A program made the position numbers and the translations under genes. A stretch of DNA of 32,000 nt from NCBI GenBank assembly GCA_042850255.1, contig AP031373.1:540001-572000 (forward strand), given 5' to 3'. Shown here one piece after another: positions 26,931 to 32,000 of this stretch; positions within the stretch are counted from its first letter, which is position 1, and every line of letters begins with the position of its first letter. This stretch comes from Nanobdellota archaeon. GTDB lineage: Archaea > Nanobdellota > Nanobdellia > Nanobdellales > Nanobdellaceae. The notes beneath the pieces are model-generated. The model was not told where the DNA came from. It did no database searches and saw nothing but the letters and a program-made list of their open reading frames with translations.

Positions 26931-27655
26931 TATTAATACATAGAAAAACTGGAAAAATATTTTATATAGAAAATAATGATAAAGATTTTAATACACATTT
27001 TGGGACAATAAAAAAAGAAGATTTAAATAAAGTAAATAATATAATAAAATCACATTTAGGGGAAGAATTTATAGTATTAGAAGATAATTTTAATGATTTA
27101 ATTAGATATTTAAAAAGAGGACCACAATCTATTCATGAAAAAGATATTGGATTATTATATTCATTAGTAAATATTTCTCCTGGTATGAAAATTGTAGAAG
27201 GGGGAACAGGATCTGGTATATTAACCGCATATTTAGCCAATTCTGTAAAACCTAATGGAAAAGTATATTCTTATGAAATTAGAGAAGATTTTTATAATAT
27301 TGCAAAGAAAAATCTAGAAAAATTAAAATTATTGGATTATGTAGAATTAAAATTAAAAGATATAAATAATGGTATTGATGAAAAAGATATAGATTTAGTT
27401 GTATTAGATATTCCAGATCCCTGGAATACATTAAATTATTGTTATGATTCATTAAAAATTGGTGGATATTTGGTATCATTTTTACCAAATATTACTTCAG
27501 TGTTAAAATTATTGGATTCGAATGATAAATTTTTATTAGTAGGGGTATATGAAAATTTTGTTAGAAGATGGAAATATGAAAAAGGAAAAGTATTAAGACC
27601 TAGAAATTTAGAATTAGTTCATACAGAATTTTTGGTTTTATTTAGAAAAATATAA
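26927..27655 (+). CDS. trmI: tRNA (adenine-N1)-methyltransferase TrmI (Gcd14 family)
   Basis: VEGGTGSGILTAYLA SAM motif, VYSYEIREDF and VVLDIPDPWN motifs. ATGA overlap with the marC-like gene. Confidence 0.85.
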   Translation: MILIHRKTGKIFYIENNDKDFNTHFGTIKKEDLNKVNNIIKSHLGEEFIVLEDNFNDLIRYLKRGPQSIHEKDIGLLYSLVNISPGMKIVEGGTGSGILTAYLANSVKPNGKVYSYEIREDFYNIAKKNLEKLKLLDYVELKLKDINNGIDEKDIDLVVLDIPDPWNTLNYCYDSLKIGGYLVSFLPNITSVLKLLDSNDKFLLVGVYENFVRRWKYEKGKVLRPRNLELVHTEFLVLFRKI

Positions 27656-27678
27656 ATTTTTATAATAAAAATATTATA

Positions 27679-28512
27679 ATGATAAAACCAAAGAAATTAC
27701 ATTTTGGACCTGCAGGAGTTCCTATTTCTTCTAAAAAAAGAGATACATTAAGTGGGATAAAATATACATATGAAGAATTAAATTTAGATGGATTTGAAAT
27801 AGAATTTACTTATGGAGTAAAATTAAAAGAAGAAACTGCAAATCAAATAAAAGAATATCTATCAGATAAAGAATTTATATTAACATCCCATGCTCCGTAT
27901 TATATTAATTTAAATGCTGAAGAAGAAAGTAAAGTTAATAGTTCTATAGAAATGTTATATAATGCTGCAAAAATTACATATTTATCTGGAGGATATTCTA
28001 CAACATTTCATCCTGGCTGGTATTTAAATAATTCTTTTGAAGAAACATATAATAAAATAAAAGAAAATTTGAAGAAAGTAATTGATAAATTAAAGGATGA
28101 AAGTATAGATATTTATGTAAGACCTGAAACAATGGAATTAAGGAAAAAATTTGGAGAAGTAGATGAAATAATAAAATTATCACAAGAAATTGAAAACGTA
28201 TTACCTGCAATAGATTTTGCACATTTAAGGTATAGAAATAATAGAAATGATATTGAATATTTTAGAGAAATATTAGAAAAATTGGAAAATTCCTTGGGTA
28301 GAGAAGTTCTAGATAATATGCATATACATATATCAGGAATTGTATTAGATAATAAAGGGACTCATTGTACTTTAGAAGAATCAGATATGCCTTGGCAAGA
28401 TATATTAAAATTATTAAAAGAATTTAAAGTTAAAGGAATATTAATATCAGAATCTCCAAATATAGAACAAGACGCTATGAAAATGAGAGATTATTATAAA
28501 AAATTAAAGTAA
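27679..28512 (+). CDS. nfo: Endonuclease IV-like TIM-barrel protein (AP endonuclease family 2)
   Basis: The ordered metal-ligand motifs resemble Endo IV: SHAPYYINL, TFHPGWY, RPET, IDFAHL, MHIHISG, ISESP. Confidence 0.65.
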   Translation: MIKPKKLHFGPAGVPISSKKRDTLSGIKYTYEELNLDGFEIEFTYGVKLKEETANQIKEYLSDKEFILTSHAPYYINLNAEEESKVNSSIEMLYNAAKITYLSGGYSTTFHPGWYLNNSFEETYNKIKENLKKVIDKLKDESIDIYVRPETMELRKKFGEVDEIIKLSQEIENVLPAIDFAHLRYRNNRNDIEYFREILEKLENSLGREVLDNMHIHISGIVLDNKGTHCTLEESDMPWQDILKLLKEFKVKGILISESPNIEQDAMKMRDYYKKLK

Positions 28513-29994
28513 TCTTTTTGCTAAATTTATAAATGCAGGTCTTGTTAATAAATATCCTATACCAACAGTAATTATTACCATTACTGCAAATCCTTTATAT
28601 AATGCCAAACCTGCAACAAATGCTGGGAAAACTGATATAATTTCTAATATTATTGCTAGTAATATAATAAACATTGCTTTTTTAATTGCTTTATCTAATA
28701 TATCAGGTTCTTTCTTTTCATTATTATATTTTGCCCTTAATATTTCTTCTGTTGCAACTAATTGATCATCTATTCCAGTAGCAGTTCCAAATATTATACC
28801 AATAAATGCAGGAATATCATATGTTTGATGTATTGCAACACCAATTGCAAATGCAATTGCAAATTCTGATACTAATGTTAATGTAATTAATAAAGGTACT
28901 TTTATTTTTCTATATACAGGGAATAATATTGCAATTATTCCTACAAATATTAATAACATAGATAATTCTAAAGATTTTAATATATATTGTCCAAATATTG
29001 GAGGAATTTCAGATTCTTCTACAATATTAAATTTTGCAGGTAATTGTCCATTTTCTAATATTATATATAAATTATATGCATTTTGATATGCACTTGCTTC
29101 AGCCTGTGCCATTGTATTTCCTACTCCAGATACTTGTATAGAAACTTGTTGAGCGCTTTGACCTTTTAGATCTGCAGCAATTAATAATGAAGAAACATTC
29201 TGATTATCTAAATAAAATACTATTGGTTCACTCAAATATGCACCTCCATCTTCAAATACCACTGATAAATTTTTTGTAGCTTGTGCAAAATTATTAGCAG
29301 CTTGTGGTGATAATATTAATGTAAAGAAATATTGGCATACATATTGATTTCCTGCAGGAGAACATCCTAATAATCCAGAATATTGTCCTCCAAATAATGG
29401 TTTTACTTCAGAACCTGTAAAAACAGTTTCATTTCCAATTTTTGCGTAAAAAGTACCTTGTTCTACAATATAAGGAATTAAATATCCTTCAGAATATGGT
29501 AATTCTACAATTATATAACCTTCAGATGTTGGATAGATATTTATAGATTTAACTCCAAAAGAATTCAATCTGTTTTCAATAACTTGTGAAGCAATTGATA
29601 ATTCTTGAGGTGTTAAAGGTTTTGTAGAATTTAATATTAATAAATATCCACCAGCTATATCAATTCCATAAGATATATAAGATATTTGAGTTAAATTTGT
29701 TTCATTTATTAAATAATTATATTGACTTGGTTGCAAAACAATATTTCCTTTACTTGTACTAATAGATAAAAATGGGGAATTTATATTTTGTTGTATACAT
29801 GAATAATAAGAAGGTAAAGAATTTACAGGACAACCATTAATTGAATAAATATATGTTCCATTTGGTAACACAGGACTATTTAATACTTCTAACTTATTAT
29901 TAGTTATTGAAAATATATCATAACCCAGTGCAATTATTAAAATAACGAAAAATACTAATATTCTCCAATCTTTAAATATAGATTTTATATCCAT
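28504..29994 (-). CDS. secD: Protein-export membrane protein SecD
   Basis: N-terminal TM, an extracytoplasmic domain of ~320 aa, then six C-terminal TM helices with the TATGIDDQLVATEE motif. Length is 496 aa. Confidence 0.8.
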   Translation of the reverse strand: MDIKSIFKDWRILVFFVILIIALGYDIFSITNNKLEVLNSPVLPNGTYIYSINGCPVNSLPSYYSCIQQNINSPFLSISTSKGNIVLQPSQYNYLINETNLTQISYISYGIDIAGGYLLILNSTKPLTPQELSIASQVIENRLNSFGVKSINIYPTSEGYIIVELPYSEGYLIPYIVEQGTFYAKIGNETVFTGSEVKPLFGGQYSGLLGCSPAGNQYVCQYFFTLILSPQAANNFAQATKNLSVVFEDGGAYLSEPIVFYLDNQNVSSLLIAADLKGQSAQQVSIQVSGVGNTMAQAEASAYQNAYNLYIILENGQLPAKFNIVEESEIPPIFGQYILKSLELSMLLIFVGIIAILFPVYRKIKVPLLITLTLVSEFAIAFAIGVAIHQTYDIPAFIGIIFGTATGIDDQLVATEEILRAKYNNEKKEPDILDKAIKKAMFIILLAIILEIISVFPAFVAGLALYKGFAVMVIITVGIGYLLTRPAFINLAKRLL

Positions 29995-30018
29995 TAAAAC
30001 AATTTATATAAAATGTTT

Positions 30019-30597
30019 TTATGGTTTTCCTTTTGAGTATCCTTTAGTAACTCCCATAGCTATTAAATGAGCAACCCTTACTGGTTCAGGAATTCTTGAA
30101 TATATTGATGTTAACTTTATTATTTCTATTACTTCTTCTTTTTCTATTCCATAATATTGAAAATATAATTTTCCATATTTAGTTTCAAAGTATTCGGTCT
30201 TTGGATATCTTTTTATTATTTCTATTCTTTTTTCTCCATTTATAGTATGTCTAGCAGCTTCTATAAATTTTTCTAGATTTGGTTTTTTTCTTACAACAGA
30301 TATAATTGGTAAGTTTAATTTTTCATATAAATATTCAAAATCTAATAAATTAAAACCTGCAAATGATATTCCATTTGTCATAATAACTTTTATTTGATAA
30401 TAATGTTTTGTTCTTTTAATCATTTCTACAATTTTATCGTTTACATCAAATCCGTCAACTTCTATTTTATTAGATAAAACACCATCAATTTGTTTATGTC
30501 CTCTCATTATTACTCCAACTATTAAAGATAATTTATCTTTATTTCTATCAAAATATCCATCATCAATTCCTATTATTCTAATTTCATTTTTAACCAT
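30019..30597 (-). CDS. DUF99 / UPF0215 family protein (archaeal, EndoV-like fold family)
   Basis: IRIIGIDDGYF at the N-terminus and PEPVRVAHLIA at the C-terminus are characteristic of DUF99. Length is 192 aa. Confidence 0.8.
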   Translation of the reverse strand: MVKNEIRIIGIDDGYFDRNKDKLSLIVGVIMRGHKQIDGVLSNKIEVDGFDVNDKIVEMIKRTKHYYQIKVIMTNGISFAGFNLLDFEYLYEKLNLPIISVVRKKPNLEKFIEAARHTINGEKRIEIIKRYPKTEYFETKYGKLYFQYYGIEKEEVIEIIKLTSIYSRIPEPVRVAHLIAMGVTKGYSKGKP

Positions 30598-31157
30598 TTA
30601 TTAATATATTTTTCCCAATCGAATTTAAAAAATATAATACTTAATAATAAAAATAAAATTGAAGAATAAATTGATAAATTCAATAAATTAATTTTTGTTA
30701 TATAACTAATTTCTTTTAATAAAAATATTTGAATATAAACTTCTATAAATGATTTAGATATTTTTCCAATTATTGATATAATATAATATTTTATTACATT
30801 TAACTTTTCTATACCAAAAGATAAATAAAAGAAATCATCTAATGGTAGAAATGGTAATATTGTAATAAAGAAAAATGCTAAGTTAAAATATTTTATTTTA
30901 GAGATCTTTTTTATAAACAACATATTTTTATTTTCTTTTAATGGTTTGGATAAAAATATACCAATAGTATACATAAATAATTTACCAGTTGCTGCTCCTA
31001 AACCCAATATTATTGATACATAAACAATATTTTGTAAATTAACACCAATACTAATTAATACTGGCAATGACAAAGTTGTAAAAGGCGCTCCAAATAATGG
31101 AAAAGCATTTAATATAAATGATTCAAAAAATAAATATAGTATATAAAAGATATTCAT
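30573..31157 (-). CDS. Integral membrane protein, possibly VTT/DedA (YqaA)-like
   Basis: 194 aa with about five TM helices. The N-terminal FFESFILNAFPLFGAPFT resembles the VTT-domain entry motif; the family call is weak. Confidence 0.6.
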   Translation of the reverse strand: MNIFYILYLFFESFILNAFPLFGAPFTTLSLPVLISIGVNLQNIVYVSIILGLGAATGKLFMYTIGIFLSKPLKENKNMLFIKKISKIKYFNLAFFFITILPFLPLDDFFYLSFGIEKLNVIKYYIISIIGKISKSFIEVYIQIFLLKEISYITKINLLNLSIYSSILFLLLSIIFFKFDWEKYINKWLKMKLE

Positions 31158-31594
31158 TCTTCGAATTCTAATATATCCCCTACAGTAACATAATCAGATT
31201 TCTTATTATTTTCCAATTTTTCCGTTAAAACTTCTTTTTTAGTTATTTTTATATTTAATATTTTTTCAATTTTTTTAGCTAAATTTAAATCCGGTATTAT
31301 CTTTTTATTTTCTATAGCTTTATATAAATTTTCTTTTATTCCCAACAATTTTGCCATATCTTCTTGTTTTAAATTATGCTCTTCTCTATATTTTATTAAT
31401 ATTTTATTATAATTTTCATCAACAACTTCACCAACTATTTCCTTTATTTCTACTTTTTTCTCAATCACATTTCCTTTTTCATCTACAGGTTTCCCATATT
31501 TTTTACACTCTTCGCATACATTTAGTATAGTTCCTTCTATTAATACTTTATATAATTTATTAGTATTCTTGCCACAAAGTTCACATGTACTCAT
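31154..31594 (-). CDS. mbf1: Archaeal multiprotein bridging factor 1 (aMBF1): zinc ribbon plus Cro/C1-type HTH
   Basis: CELCG...CEEC N-terminal zinc ribbon. The HTH segment is LKQEDMAKLLGIKENLYKAIENKKIIPDLNLAKKIEKIL. Length is 146 aa. Confidence 0.85.
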   Translation of the reverse strand: MSTCELCGKNTNKLYKVLIEGTILNVCEECKKYGKPVDEKGNVIEKKVEIKEIVGEVVDENYNKILIKYREEHNLKQEDMAKLLGIKENLYKAIENKKIIPDLNLAKKIEKILNIKITKKEVLTEKLENNKKSDYVTVGDILEFEE

Positions 31595-31965
31595 CTTATT
31601 ATTTTTAGTATTTCATCCTTATATTCTATTGCTATTAATATTCCTACTATTATTCCAAATGATATTGCTGTTGCTATTAATAAATAATATAAAGCATCAA
31701 TTAGTATTGTAGAATTCAATCCTATATATGATAATGCAATTGTTATGAAAATATATATAAATAACCCTTTTATAAATACTCTAACATTATTTCTAGCATT
31801 AAATAATATAGAGAGTCCTTCTCCAATTCCTACTCCTAATAAAATAATTATTAATGCACCATATATTAAATTTAAAACATGAAATAAGAAAAATGTCTGT
31901 GGTATACTAATATATATTCCGAAAATTGTAAAATATAAAATTATATAATATTTAACTAAATCCAA
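31591..31965 (-). CDS. Hypothetical small membrane protein (about 4 TM), first gene of the mbf1 operon
   Basis: 124-aa strongly hydrophobic ORF with a 4-nt overlap with mbf1. Confidence 0.55.
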   Translation of the reverse strand: MDLVKYYIILYFTIFGIYISIPQTFFLFHVLNLIYGALIIILLGVGIGEGLSILFNARNNVRVFIKGLFIYIFITIALSYIGLNSTILIDALYYLLIATAISFGIIVGILIAIEYKDEILKIIR

Positions 31966-32000
31966 TATTATTTGTGATAATTTTTTCCCAAAAAATAATG

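Noticed and set aside
27279-27488. 69-aa ORF on the minus strand
   Set aside because: Antisense inside trmI.
27998-28222. 74-aa ORF on the minus strand
   Set aside because: Antisense inside the endonuclease IV-like gene.

Overview
This window is extremely AT-rich (roughly a quarter G+C by eye, not computed), very gene-dense, and archaeal. Archaeal markers are Cbf5, aMBF1, archaeal-type uS13/uS4, HerA-like ATPase, a DUF99 protein, a KaiC-like ATPase and AlaX. The single tRNA (tRNA-Ser UGA) has G:C-rich stems that stand out against the AT-rich background. Together with the fragmented operon order, this suggests a thermophilic archaeon with a reduced genome, possibly DPANN/Nanoarchaeota-like; that placement is low-confidence inference. 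I call about 35 CDS. Housekeeping genes are rnhB, gdhA, cbf5, rps13-rps4, class II lysS, trmI, an nfo-like gene and secD. There is also a type III P-type ATPase and a ~9.6 kb surface-glycan locus (FkbM methyltransferase, rmlABCD, five glycosyltransferases). No CRISPR array, rRNA or recognisable mobile element is present. The most unusual items are: (1) a 467-bp ORF-free spacer next to cbf5 packed with dispersed direct and inverted repeats and TATA-like palindromes; (2) an orphan HerA-like ATPase with an overlapping unrecognisable 104-aa partner and a small membrane protein, instead of NurA/Mre11/Rad50; (3) a COG1373-type ATPase-nuclease gene split by a -1 shift exactly on an A7 slippery tract, preceded by a duplicated GTGCA-containing promoter or operator motif; (4) a four-gene overlapping operon linking aMBF1 to a DUF99 protein and two membrane proteins; (5) all seven convergent gene junctions overlap or abut. 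All functional calls rest on motif recognition by eye. No database search was run.
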